Of a DNA stretch of 32,000 bases, positions 11,261-18,720 are shown one piece after another; within the stretch, counting starts at the first letter, position 1; the number at the start of each line of letters is the position of its first letter. The notes beneath the pieces were generated by a model. That model searched no databases. It was not told where the DNA came from and worked only from the letters and a program-made list of their open reading frames with translations. The translations under genes were made by a program, and so were the position numbers. This DNA is from an uncultured Opitutales bacterium. Its GTDB lineage: Bacteria > Verrucomicrobiota > Verrucomicrobiia > Opitutales > Intestinicryptomonadaceae. The stretch lies in the NCBI GenBank assembly GCA_934613415.1, contig CAKTSY010000003.1, positions 270,001-302,000 of the forward strand, read 5' to 3'.

Positions 11261-11944
11261 CTATTCTCCCATTACCGGATTCAATTTAAGACCCGGAGTC
11301 ATTGTTGCGCTTAAGGTTAATGTGTCGATATACTTGCCCTTGAGCGTTTCGGGACGAACCGACATAAGGCTTGCGTAAGCTGCCTTTGCGTTTTCAACCA
11401 ACTTTTCGTTGCTGAAGCTGCGTTTGCCGATAACGATGCAAATGTTGCCCGTTTTGTCCATTTTGTATTCTACACGACCAGCCTTAACTTCTTTAACGGC
11501 TGTTTCGATGTCGTCTGTAACGGTGCCGCTTTTGGGATTGGGCATTAAGCCTCTCGGGCCCAAAACTCTGGCGGCTTTGCGAACCGACTTCATAGCCGAA
11601 GTAGTGGAAACGGCAACGTCGAAATCGAGCCAACCGTCTTCAATTTTCTTAATCATATCGTCCAAACCGGCAAAGTCGGCACCTGCGTCGAGGGCCTGTT
11701 TTGCGTTTTCGGTGAAAACCAAAACTCTAACTTTTTTGCCGCTGCCGTTGGGCAAGCGAACCGTACCTCTGATGCTGAGGTTGGCCTGTTTGGGGTCCAG
11801 CTGTATCTTAGCCGACAACTGAACGGTTTCGTCGAACTTAGCCTTGGGCATTTTCGAGAGAGCTTCTACAGCTTCTGCTATTGCCACAGGCGCGTCTTTT
11901 ACATTCGCCAAAGACGCCTTATATTTTTTGCTTCTTTTTACCAT
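11261..11944 (-). CDS. rplA: 50S ribosomal protein L1
   Basis: The 227-aa ORF reads MVKRSKKYKASL...FDETVQLSAKIQLDPKQANLSIRGTVRLPNGSGK...LGPRGLMPNPKSGTVT, which is canonical L1. Confidence 0.96.
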   Translation of the reverse strand: MVKRSKKYKASLANVKDAPVAIAEAVEALSKMPKAKFDETVQLSAKIQLDPKQANLSIRGTVRLPNGSGKKVRVLVFTENAKQALDAGADFAGLDDMIKKIEDGWLDFDVAVSTTSAMKSVRKAARVLGPRGLMPNPKSGTVTDDIETAVKEVKAGRVEYKMDKTGNICIVIGKRSFSNEKLVENAKAAYASLMSVRPETLKGKYIDTLTLSATMTPGLKLNPVMGE

Positions 11945-12044
11945 GACTTTTTTGTTTGTCTCCTGCTTGGTTGCAGTGCGGTTTTTGTTTTTATGTTAAG
12001 GGGCTTTTTCGAGAATAAACCCTAAAAAGCCCTAAATATTTTTA
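11945..12044 (-). promoter_or_regulatory. Structured 100-nt rplK-rplA spacer
   Basis: The minus-strand RNA has GGGCUUUUU-14 nt-AAAAAGCCC (12001-12032) with no U tract after it. A small CUGC-AACCAA-GCAG hairpin (11963-11976) overlaps an AGGAG SD-like element (11960-11964) upstream of the rplA ATG. Confidence 0.35.
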
Positions 12045-12470
12045 TTATGCAACAACGTCTACACCCATCGAGCGAGCTGTGCCTGCAATGATTTTTGCGG
12101 CGGCTTCGGGGGTTGTGGCGTTAAGGTCTTTCTGCTTAAGCTTGGCAATTTCGGCAACCTGGGCTGCTGTGATTTTGCCTACCTTGTCGGTGTTGGGCTT
12201 TGCGCTACCCGAAGCGAGCTTTGCGGCCTTCTTGATGAGAACCGAAGCCGGCGGGCTTTTAAGAATGAACGAGAAAGACTTGTCTTGATATACCGAGATT
12301 ATGGCGGGCAAAATCATACCCGTTTGGTCTTTGGTACGTGCGTTGAATTCTTTGCAGAACGCCATAATGTTGACGCCGGCCGCACCCAATGCGGGGCCTA
12401 CCGGAGGAGCGGGGTTGGCCGCGCCTGCGGGCAACTGCAACTTAACTACTTTTACTACTTTTTTTGCCAT
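12045..12470 (-). CDS. rplK: 50S ribosomal protein L11
   Basis: The 141-aa ORF reads [48 protein letters not shown]..., which is canonical L11. Confidence 0.96.
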   Translation of the reverse strand: MAKKVVKVVKLQLPAGAANPAPPVGPALGAAGVNIMAFCKEFNARTKDQTGMILPAIISVYQDKSFSFILKSPPASVLIKKAAKLASGSAKPNTDKVGKITAAQVAEIAKLKQKDLNATTPEAAAKIIAGTARSMGVDVVA

Positions 12471-12525
12471 TTTCTGACCTTTTTATATCTTCTTTTTTAG
12501 AGGCTTTATCGTAATATAATAAATT

Positions 12526-13107
12526 CTATTCTTCCGCGTAGCTTACTTGTTTATAGTCTAGCTCTACGGGAGTAAATCTGCCGAAAATCGAAACGCTTAC
12601 CTTCAATTTTCCGTTTGCCGAGTCGATTTCCTCTATAACGCCGGTAAGGCTCATAAAGGGTCCCTCGTTTATCTTTACATTGTCGCCAACCTTGTATTTT
12701 ATGTCGGTCTTTACAGTTTCCTGCGAGTTTTCAAGCTGGGCTAATAATGCCTTAATTTCTTTGTCACGCAAAGGGGTAGGCCTTGTGCCGCCCATAAAAT
12801 TGGTAACGCCGTTTATTGATTTTACAAAATACCAGGGGGCTTCTATCAATTTGTCGTCGTCATCGTAAAGCTTAACTTTAACGAAAACGTAGCCCGGGAA
12901 AAGCTTGCGGGGCTTCGGATCCTGCTTTTTGCCGTCCTTATATGTGGTAACCTTTTCTTCGGGAACAAGTATGTCGTCTTTGGAGATATACTCCGACATA
13001 TCGTTAAGCTCTATCTGATTTATAAGAGACGCTTGAACCTTTTTCTCCATATTGGTGCGAACCTGCACCGCATACCACTTACGATTGCTTGTATCTAAGC
13101 TTGACAT
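12526..13107 (-). CDS. nusG: Transcription termination/antitermination factor NusG
   Basis: The 193-aa ORF has an NGN-like N-terminus (KWYAVQVRTNMEKKV...FPGYVFVKV) and a KOW motif (KVGDNVKINEGPFMSLTGVIEEI...KLKVSVSIFGRFTPVEL). It lies between secE and rplK. Confidence 0.93.
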   Translation of the reverse strand: MSSLDTSNRKWYAVQVRTNMEKKVQASLINQIELNDMSEYISKDDILVPEEKVTTYKDGKKQDPKPRKLFPGYVFVKVKLYDDDDKLIEAPWYFVKSINGVTNFMGGTRPTPLRDKEIKALLAQLENSQETVKTDIKYKVGDNVKINEGPFMSLTGVIEEIDSANGKLKVSVSIFGRFTPVELDYKQVSYAEE

Positions 13108-13130
13108 ACCTATTTATGAACCCCGTTGGC

Positions 13131-13343
13131 TTAGTGCGCGCTTCTGACCAAGTCGGTCAGCAGACCTATTACATTGTATATGGAAAAGTCGGCAAGACCC
13201 AAAAAAACGCCTAAAATGGCCAACGATACGAAAACCATTACCATAGACGCTCTAATTTCTTTTCCGTTTGGCCATGAAACTTTTTTAAGTTCGGCAACGG
13301 TTTCTCTGTAATATTGTCTGATTTTGCTGAAAGGATTTGCCAT
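13131..13343 (-). CDS. secE: Preprotein translocase subunit SecE (70 aa, single TM)
   Basis: I used the internal ATG (complement of 13341-13343). The product is MANPFSKIRQYYRETVAELKKVSWPNGKEIRASMVMVFVSLAILGVFLGLADF..., with the typical ELKKV.WP motif and one TM helix. The longer tracked ORF would run into tRNA-Trp. Confidence 0.82.
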   Translation of the reverse strand: MANPFSKIRQYYRETVAELKKVSWPNGKEIRASMVMVFVSLAILGVFLGLADFSIYNVIGLLTDLVRSAH

Positions 13344-13362
13344 TTTTTTGCCTTGTGGGAAG

Positions 13363-13438
13363 TGGCAGGGGCGGAGGGACTCGAACCCCCAACCGATGGT
13401 TTTGGAGACCACTACTCTACCAATTGCGCTACACCCCT
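13363..13438 (-). tRNA. tRNA-Trp (anticodon CCA), 3' CCA encoded
   Basis: The minus-strand sequence is AGGGGTGTAGCGCAATTGGTAGAGTAGTGGTCTCCAAAACCATCGGTTGGGGGTTCGAGTCCCTCCGCCCCTGCCA. It has a 7-bp acceptor stem, anticodon loop CUCCAAA, a TTCGAGT T-loop and a close resemblance to E. coli tRNA-Trp. There is one G-A mismatch in the D stem. Confidence 0.92.
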
Positions 13439-13451
13439 GTAATTCTCTTTT

Positions 13452-13490
13452 AAAATAAAAAAATACACCGCCGCCGCCATAAAAGGCGGC
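13452..13490 (-). terminator. Weak terminator/attenuator-like hairpin downstream of tuf
   Basis: The minus-strand RNA reads GCCGCC-UUUUAU-GGCGGC(GGC) followed by GGUGUAUUUUUUUAUUUU. The U tract is offset from the stem by about 6 nt, so read-through into tRNA-Trp and secE is likely. Confidence 0.4.
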
Positions 13491-13516
13491 AAACGGGATA
13501 TTGTGCCTAAGCTAAA

Positions 13517-14707
13517 TTAGCTTAAAACTTCGCTTACGCGGCCTGCACCAATTGTACGGCCACCTTCGCGGATAGCGAAACGCTGACCTTTTTCCATAGC
13601 AACGGGCTTTTGCAAGTCGATTTCGATGGAAACATTGTCGCCGGGCATAACCATTTCTGTGCCTTCGGGAAGTTTGCAAACGCCGGTAACGTCGGCTGTA
13701 CCGAAGAAGAACTGCGGGCGATAGTTTGTGAAGAAGGGAGTATGACGGCCACCTTCGTCCTTTGTGAGAACGTAGATTTCAGCCTTAGCCTTCGTATGGG
13801 GGTGAATAGAACCGGGCTTTGCAATAACGTGACCGCGCTGGATTTGGTCTTTTTCGATACCGCGCAAGAGCAAGCCAACGTTGTCGCCTGCCTGACCCTG
13901 ATCGAGAGTCTTGCGGAACATTTCAACGCCAGTTACGGTTGTTTTCATTGTTTCGCCCAAGCCAACGATTTCAACTTCTTCGTTAACCTTTACAACGCCA
14001 CGTTCGATACGGCCTGTTGCAACTGTACCACGACCTGTGATCGAGAATACGTCTTCAACGCTCATCATGAAGGGCTTGTCGGTGTCGCGTACGGGTTCGG
14101 GAATTTCCGAGTCGATAGCGTCCATCAACTGATTGATGGAGTTTACACCAAATTCTTTACCTTCGAGGGCCTGAGTAGCCGAACCGCGGATAATCTTGAT
14201 ATTGTCGCCGTCGTATTGGTATTTCTTGAGCAAGTCGCGAACTTCCATTTCAACCAAGTCGAGCAATTCGGGGTCGTCGAGCAAGTCGCATTTGTTCAAG
14301 AATACTACGATCTGGGGAACGCCTACCTGACGAGCCAACAAGATGTGTTCGCGTGTCTGGGGCATAGGACCGTCGGCAGCCGAAACAACGAGGATAGCAC
14401 CGTCCATCTGGGCAGCACCAGTAATCATGTTCTTAACGAAGTCGGCGTGGCCGGGGCAGTCAACGTGAGCGTAGTGACGCTTTTCTGTTTCGTATTCAAC
14501 GTGAGCAACGGCGATTGTAACCGTTTTAGTTTCGTCACGAACTGTACCGCCCTTAGCGATATCCTTATAAGACTTGAACTGAGCCAAGCCCTTGTCGGAC
14601 TGCACTTTCAAGATTGCAGTCGTAAGTGTAGTTTTACCGTGGTCGATGTGGCCGATTGTGCCGACATTAACGTGTGGCTTTGTCCTATTGAATGATTCCT
14701 TAGGCAT
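13517..14707 (-). CDS. tuf: Elongation factor Tu
   Basis: The 396-aa ORF has [21 protein letters not shown] and SA motifs and is full length. The switch-I segment is atypical (see findings). Confidence 0.98.
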   Translation of the reverse strand: MPKESFNRTKPHVNVGTIGHIDHGKTTLTTAILKVQSDKGLAQFKSYKDIAKGGTVRDETKTVTIAVAHVEYETEKRHYAHVDCPGHADFVKNMITGAAQMDGAILVVSAADGPMPQTREHILLARQVGVPQIVVFLNKCDLLDDPELLDLVEMEVRDLLKKYQYDGDNIKIIRGSATQALEGKEFGVNSINQLMDAIDSEIPEPVRDTDKPFMMSVEDVFSITGRGTVATGRIERGVVKVNEEVEIVGLGETMKTTVTGVEMFRKTLDQGQAGDNVGLLLRGIEKDQIQRGHVIAKPGSIHPHTKAKAEIYVLTKDEGGRHTPFFTNYRPQFFFGTADVTGVCKLPEGTEMVMPGDNVSIEIDLQKPVAMEKGQRFAIREGGRTIGAGRVSEVLS

Positions 14708-14761
14708 GATTTTTTCTCTTTGTTGTTTGTTGTTGTGTGATTATAATAAAGCTCCGTCCTG

Positions 14762-14834
14762 AGCCTCAGAGCGGATTTGAACCGCCGACCCCGTCCTTAC
14801 CAAGGACGTGCTCTGCCAACTGAGCTACCGAGGC
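14762..14834 (-). tRNA. tRNA-Thr (anticodon GGT), no encoded CCA
   Basis: The minus-strand sequence is GCCTCGGTAGCTCAGTTGGCAGAGCACGTCCTTGGTAAGGACGGGGTCGGCGGTTCAAATCCGCTCTGAGGCT. The acceptor stem is GCCTCGG/CTGAGGC, the anticodon stem-loop is CGTCC-TTGGTAA-GGACG, and the T-loop is TTCAAAT. A tRNA-Thr immediately upstream of tuf is a common arrangement. Confidence 0.9.
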
Positions 14835-14994
14835 AGGTTGGAAATAAAAATATCGACTAATCGACATTTTCATTTATGAAAGGTCAAAATTGCCCTTTAT
14901 TTTCGACGCCGTCAACATTTTTTTTCGTTTTTTTGAAAATTTATTAAAAATTGTTTTGCAATGGGCGCAAATTTTCGGTTTTAATGCAATAATT

Positions 14995-15426
14995 ATGAGT
15001 AAGGAAATAGAAGAATCGACAGTTTGCAATATAGATTTTACAAAGCTTAAGAAAATTGCGGCGTGCGGCTGCGACGTTATACCCGCAATAGCGCAAGACG
15101 CCGAAAGCGGCGAAGTTTTAATTGTAGGCTATGCAAACAAGCTGGCATTGGAAACCGCCTTTAAGGAAGGCATGGCAACATTTTGGTCTACCTCCAGAAA
15201 CGAATTGTGGATTAAGGGCAAAACTTCGGGCGACTTTTTAAAGCTGGTAGACGTTCTGATTAACTGCGAGCAAAACTCGGTTGTCTACAAAGTAAAGCTT
15301 ATGGGCAAGGGCTGCTGCCACACCAAGAACGAAAAAGGCGAATCGCGCTTCGGCTGCTACTATCGCAGAATTGTGCAAAACAAAGACGGCTCGCTAGCCC
15401 TTGAGTTCCTCGACGGCGCAAAGTAG
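14995..15426 (+). CDS. hisI: Phosphoribosyl-AMP cyclohydrolase (HisI)-like protein, divergent and standalone
   Basis: Starting from ATG 14995, the 143-aa product is MSKEIEE...IPAIAQDAESGEVLIVGYANKLALETAFKEGMATFWSTSRNELWIKGKTSGDFLKLVDVLINCEQNSVVYKV...GCCHT...GCYY. It is collinear with HisI (VLM.AYMN.EAL, SRSR..LW.KGETSGN, DCD.D, ACHTG..SCF). The tracked TTG start at 14890 lies in AT-rich promoter-like sequence. Confidence 0.78.
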   Translation: MSKEIEESTVCNIDFTKLKKIAACGCDVIPAIAQDAESGEVLIVGYANKLALETAFKEGMATFWSTSRNELWIKGKTSGDFLKLVDVLINCEQNSVVYKVKLMGKGCCHTKNEKGESRFGCYYRRIVQNKDGSLALEFLDGAK

Positions 15427-16113
15427 GCTTAAAGCCGCAATCAATGCGCTATCGGTGCGCATTACCCTGTCGGAAACCATATTCGCCAAAACAAAACCGT
15501 TCTTGCGCAAAATATCCCTTTCGGCATTGTTAAAACCCCGCTCGGCTCCAAAGGCGAGCAGGGTTTTTTGTTTTGCCGACGCCATAAGCACTTTCGACAT
15601 CTTTTCGGTTGCCTCGTAAATATCGGGGGCAATTTTTAATGTGTCGGCATCTTCGGGCAGGCTCTCCAAACATTTTTCAAGCGACTCATAGCACTCCAGC
15701 TCGGGCACAAAGCAATTGCACGCCTGCTGGGCACCCTTAACAAACCATTTTTCGTATTCTTTGCCCGAATATAGCGAAGCTTTAATATAGTCTCTTTCGC
15801 CCTTTTCGGCGGCGTAAAAGCAAAGTTTTTTTACCCCAAAGCACGCGCATTCAAACAAAATTCTCTGTGCAATTTGCGGACGGGCAAACGCCATTGCAAC
15901 CGTTGTTTGCATGGGGCACGCGCACGCCAGCTTTTCGGCAACTTCAAAAGAATAGCCGCCCGATTTTTCGCACACTTTTGCCTTGCACAAAAAGGCGTTT
16001 TTTACCGCGGCAAAAATCTCGCTGCCATTTTGTGTCTTTAAATATTTTTTTATGTGCTCGGCCCTTTCGTCGGAAAGGGGCAAAAAAGACATTTCGTCGA
16101 TAGTGTCGAACAT
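15394..16113 (-). CDS. RsmE-family (SPOUT) RNA methyltransferase-like protein; start uncertain (ATGs at complement of 16113, 16125 and 16134)
   Basis: The C-terminal region LLAFGAERGFNNAERDILRKNGFVLANMVSDRVMRTDSALIAALSLL is collinear with the E. coli RsmE segment LLIGPEGGLS..E......F....LGPRVLRTETTALTAITAL. The tracked 273-aa start (16215) would overlap the GH92 terminator. Confidence 0.58.
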   Translation of the reverse strand: MFDTIDEMSFLPLSDERAEHIKKYLKTQNGSEIFAAVKNAFLCKAKVCEKSGGYSFEVAEKLACACPMQTTVAMAFARPQIAQRILFECACFGVKKLCFYAAEKGERDYIKASLYSGKEYEKWFVKGAQQACNCFVPELECYESLEKCLESLPEDADTLKIAPDIYEATEKMSKVLMASAKQKTLLAFGAERGFNNAERDILRKNGFVLANMVSDRVMRTDSALIAALSLLCAVEELKG

Positions 16114-16211
16114 TACGCAATTCATAAAAAGCATAAAAGAAAATAGCCGCCCAAAACGCAAGCATAGAAGCTTTTTGCCAAAAATTGCGCAGCCAAACCA
16201 ATATAGCGGCA

Positions 16212-16256
16212 ACAAAAAAAACCGCGCCCGAAAAGACTCCGAACGCGGTTTTTGTT
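16212..16256 (-). terminator. Rho-independent terminator of the GH92 gene
   Basis: The minus-strand RNA has ACCGCG-17 nt-CGCGGU (16221-16249) followed by UUUUUUUUGUU, starting about 24 nt after the GH92 stop codon. Confidence 0.68.
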
Positions 16257-16279
16257 TTGCGCTAGAAAACCCGAAAAAG

Positions 16280-18589
16280 CTATTTTGTCATCGAGCTTGG
16301 CGCGCTTTCTTCGGCTACGCCCCTAGACGTATTCGGCTTGTCGGACATTTCCATTACAATTTCGCCGCCGTTTCTAAGCTGGTCGAAGGTAAAGAAGTTT
16401 TTATCGTATTTTTTGCCGTTAATTTTTAGCGATTTAATATATACGTTTTCGGGAGAGTTGTTTTTTGCCTTAATTGTAAGGGTTTTGCCGTTTGGCATTG
16501 CAACTTTCACCTTTCTAAACAGGGGCGAACCTATTGCAAACTCGCCGTCTACGGGGCATACGGGGTAAAAACCCAAAGCCGACAACACATACCAAGCCGA
16601 AGTTTGCCCGTTGTCTTCGTCGCCGCAATAGCCCGCAACTTCGGGCTTATACAGCTTTTGCATTATCCGCCTTGCCCAATACTGCGCCTTCCACGGCTGG
16701 CCAAGCCAGTTGTACACATATACTCCGTGCTGTATGGGCTGGTTGCCGTGCGCATATTGCCCGAAATTCATAATCTGCATTTCCCTGATTTCGTGTATAA
16801 CAATCTTGTAGGCGCCAACGTCAAAAATGGGAGCCATTGCAAACATATCGTCTAGCTGCTTTGCGGCCTTTTCTTTGCCGCCCATAAGTTTTGCAAGCCC
16901 GTTTATGTCGTGGAAAACGCTCCATGTATACTGCAACGAATTGCCTTCGGTAAAGTCGCCGCCCCACTCTACGGGGTTGAAATTCTTTTTAAATTCGCCC
17001 TTAGAATTGCGGCCAACCATAAGCGAATATTTTTCGTTAAACAAATTGCGATAGTTTTGGGCGCGCTTTGCAAATTTTTCTATTGTGGCTTTGTCTTTGC
17101 CCAGGCTCTGTGCAAACTTCATAATGCAATAGTCGGCATAGGCATATTCAAGCGTGCGCGCCGCGCTTTCTTTTAGGTTAATGTCGTTTGGAACATAGCC
17201 TAATGTGTTATATTCTTTTGCCCCCGCCCTGCCTAGCGAGTTGTTTTTTTCGCAGAAAGATTCCGCCCCCTTATTCATTGCCTGCCACAAAACTTCGCCG
17301 TCGGCCGCGCTTTTCGACACAAACAAATACGCGCTTGCCGCAATAGACGACGAATTAGAGCCTATCATACAATTTACATACCCAGGAGACGCCCATTCGG
17401 GGAACCAACCGCCCTCTTTGAATGTATTTTGCATGCCTTCTAAAACCTTTTCGCTCTGTTCGGGCAAAAGCAAGTTAAAGAATGGGTGAACGGCTCTAAA
17501 AGTATCCCAATAGCCGTTGTCGGTGGTCATTCTGCCTTTTTCTATCTTTCCGTTAAAGGGGCTATAGTGAACTTCGTTGCCGTCTTTGTCTATTTCGTAA
17601 AAATCGCGGGGGAACAGCAATGTTCTAAAGAAAGTTGTGTAGAACATTTTCACGTTCGGGTAGTCGTCTATGTCGTTGTCGCATACGTCTATTTTCGAAA
17701 GATACTTGTTCCACTGCGCTTTGCTATTAGCCTTGCATTCGTCGAAAGAATTGTTTGCAACTTCCCTTTCGAAATTCAATTCGGCCTGTTGCAGACTTAT
17801 AAACGAAGTTGCAACCTTTACGTTTAGAGGGTCGCCCTTCTTTGTTTTAAAGGTTAAAATTGCGCCCTTTTGCGCATCGGTATCTTTGGTTTGCAGCTCG
17901 CCTTCGTGTATGTTTTTGCCGTCGAATACCGCGTACGAAGATAGGGGTTTGTCGAACTTAAGCACAAAATAGTTTGCAAAATCGCCCTCGGCGCGCTTGC
18001 CTCGCGAATTTACCCAAACGCTTTTGCCTACTACCATATTCTTTTCGGGAATTATCTTTACAAACGATTTCCCCGAAAGGGCGTCTATAACAAAGTTTGC
18101 CTTGTCCGAATCGGGATACGAAACGCGCATATGCGCGCCTCTAGAAGTAGGTGTAAGCTCTAAGGTGGTATCGTAGTCTGCCAAATATACGCTATAATAG
18201 TGGGGCTTTATGGTTTCTGCCTTGTGCGAAATCCAGCTTTGCCTGTCTTTTTCCAAGCTCTTTTTTTCGCCGACGGTTGGCATAAAACACAGGGGACCAT
18301 AGTCGCCAATCCATGGGCTGGGCTGGCGCGTTAGCCTTATTGCGCTAAACATAGTATCCGAATACGCATACCACCAGCGTTTTGAAAAGTCTTTCGACTG
18401 CGGCGACCAAAAATTCATACCGAAAGGCACCGCCATACATGGATACAAATTACCCGACGACAATTCCTTTACCGAATCGCTGCCCGCCTCGGGCATAACG
18501 TATTTTGTGTAGTCTTTTCCCCCGTCTTTGGCGGCAAACAAGCTGCAACCAACAAGACACATCGCTAGCATATATATCTTTTTTACCAT
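16280..18589 (-). CDS. Glycoside hydrolase family 92 (alpha-mannosidase-type) lipoprotein
   Basis: I used the internal ATG (complement of 18587-18589). The N-terminus MVKKIYMLAMCLVGC has an LVGC lipobox. The body matches GH92 hallmarks as I remember them (GDEDNGQTSAWYVLSALGFYPVCP versus GNDDCGQMSAWYVFSALGFYPV.P; HGNQPIQH). The mature protein is about 750 aa. Confidence 0.88.
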   Translation of the reverse strand: MVKKIYMLAMCLVGCSLFAAKDGGKDYTKYVMPEAGSDSVKELSSGNLYPCMAVPFGMNFWSPQSKDFSKRWWYAYSDTMFSAIRLTRQPSPWIGDYGPLCFMPTVGEKKSLEKDRQSWISHKAETIKPHYYSVYLADYDTTLELTPTSRGAHMRVSYPDSDKANFVIDALSGKSFVKIIPEKNMVVGKSVWVNSRGKRAEGDFANYFVLKFDKPLSSYAVFDGKNIHEGELQTKDTDAQKGAILTFKTKKGDPLNVKVATSFISLQQAELNFEREVANNSFDECKANSKAQWNKYLSKIDVCDNDIDDYPNVKMFYTTFFRTLLFPRDFYEIDKDGNEVHYSPFNGKIEKGRMTTDNGYWDTFRAVHPFFNLLLPEQSEKVLEGMQNTFKEGGWFPEWASPGYVNCMIGSNSSSIAASAYLFVSKSAADGEVLWQAMNKGAESFCEKNNSLGRAGAKEYNTLGYVPNDINLKESAARTLEYAYADYCIMKFAQSLGKDKATIEKFAKRAQNYRNLFNEKYSLMVGRNSKGEFKKNFNPVEWGGDFTEGNSLQYTWSVFHDINGLAKLMGGKEKAAKQLDDMFAMAPIFDVGAYKIVIHEIREMQIMNFGQYAHGNQPIQHGVYVYNWLGQPWKAQYWARRIMQKLYKPEVAGYCGDEDNGQTSAWYVLSALGFYPVCPVDGEFAIGSPLFRKVKVAMPNGKTLTIKAKNNSPENVYIKSLKINGKKYDKNFFTFDQLRNGGEIVMEMSDKPNTSRGVAEESAPSSMTK

Positions 18590-18654
18590 AATATAGCGAT
18601 ACTTTAGCAAAGGCAGCTTTTCAAGTAAAAATTTATACACATTTGGTCCAGCAA

Positions 18655-18692
18655 AGTAAAAGTGCACTTCCTAAAAAAAGGAGTGCACTTTT
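18655..18692 (-). terminator. Terminator of the dnaA/small-protein transcription unit
   Basis: The minus-strand RNA has AGUGCACUCC-UUUUUUUA-GGAAGUGCACU (a 10-bp stem with one bulge) followed by UUUACUUUG, about 30 nt after the stop codon of the 109-aa ORF. Confidence 0.6.
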
Positions 18693-18720
18693 TGCATTAA
18701 ATTTTTGCGAGTATCGCGTT

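Noticed and set aside
13344-13412. Longer secE ORF start (MVSKTIGWGFESLRPCHFPQGKK...)
   Set aside because: The extension overlaps the tRNA-Trp gene on the same strand. The internal ATG gives a typical 70-aa SecE.
13610-14695. 361-aa plus-strand ORF covering almost all of tuf
   Set aside because: It lies entirely antisense to an unambiguous EF-Tu gene. Its translation is low-complexity (rich in V, F, N and C) with no recognisable motif. Long antisense ORFs are expected in strongly codon-biased genes because stop codons are depleted in the mirror frame.
14740-14745. TATAAT hexamer on the minus strand, 33 nt upstream of the tuf ATG
   Set aside because: The -35 position would fall inside the tRNA-Thr 3' end, where the sequence (TGAGGC) is a poor match. 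The hexamer is part of a palindromic TTATAATAA run, so there is not enough support to call a promoter.
18590-18667. Upstream extension of the GH92 ORF (MHFYFAGPNVYKFLLEKLPLLKYRYI...)
   Set aside because: It would place the start inside the terminator hairpin of the upstream unit and bury the lipoprotein signal peptide. The internal ATG gives a proper MVKKIYMLAMCLVGC signal with lipobox.
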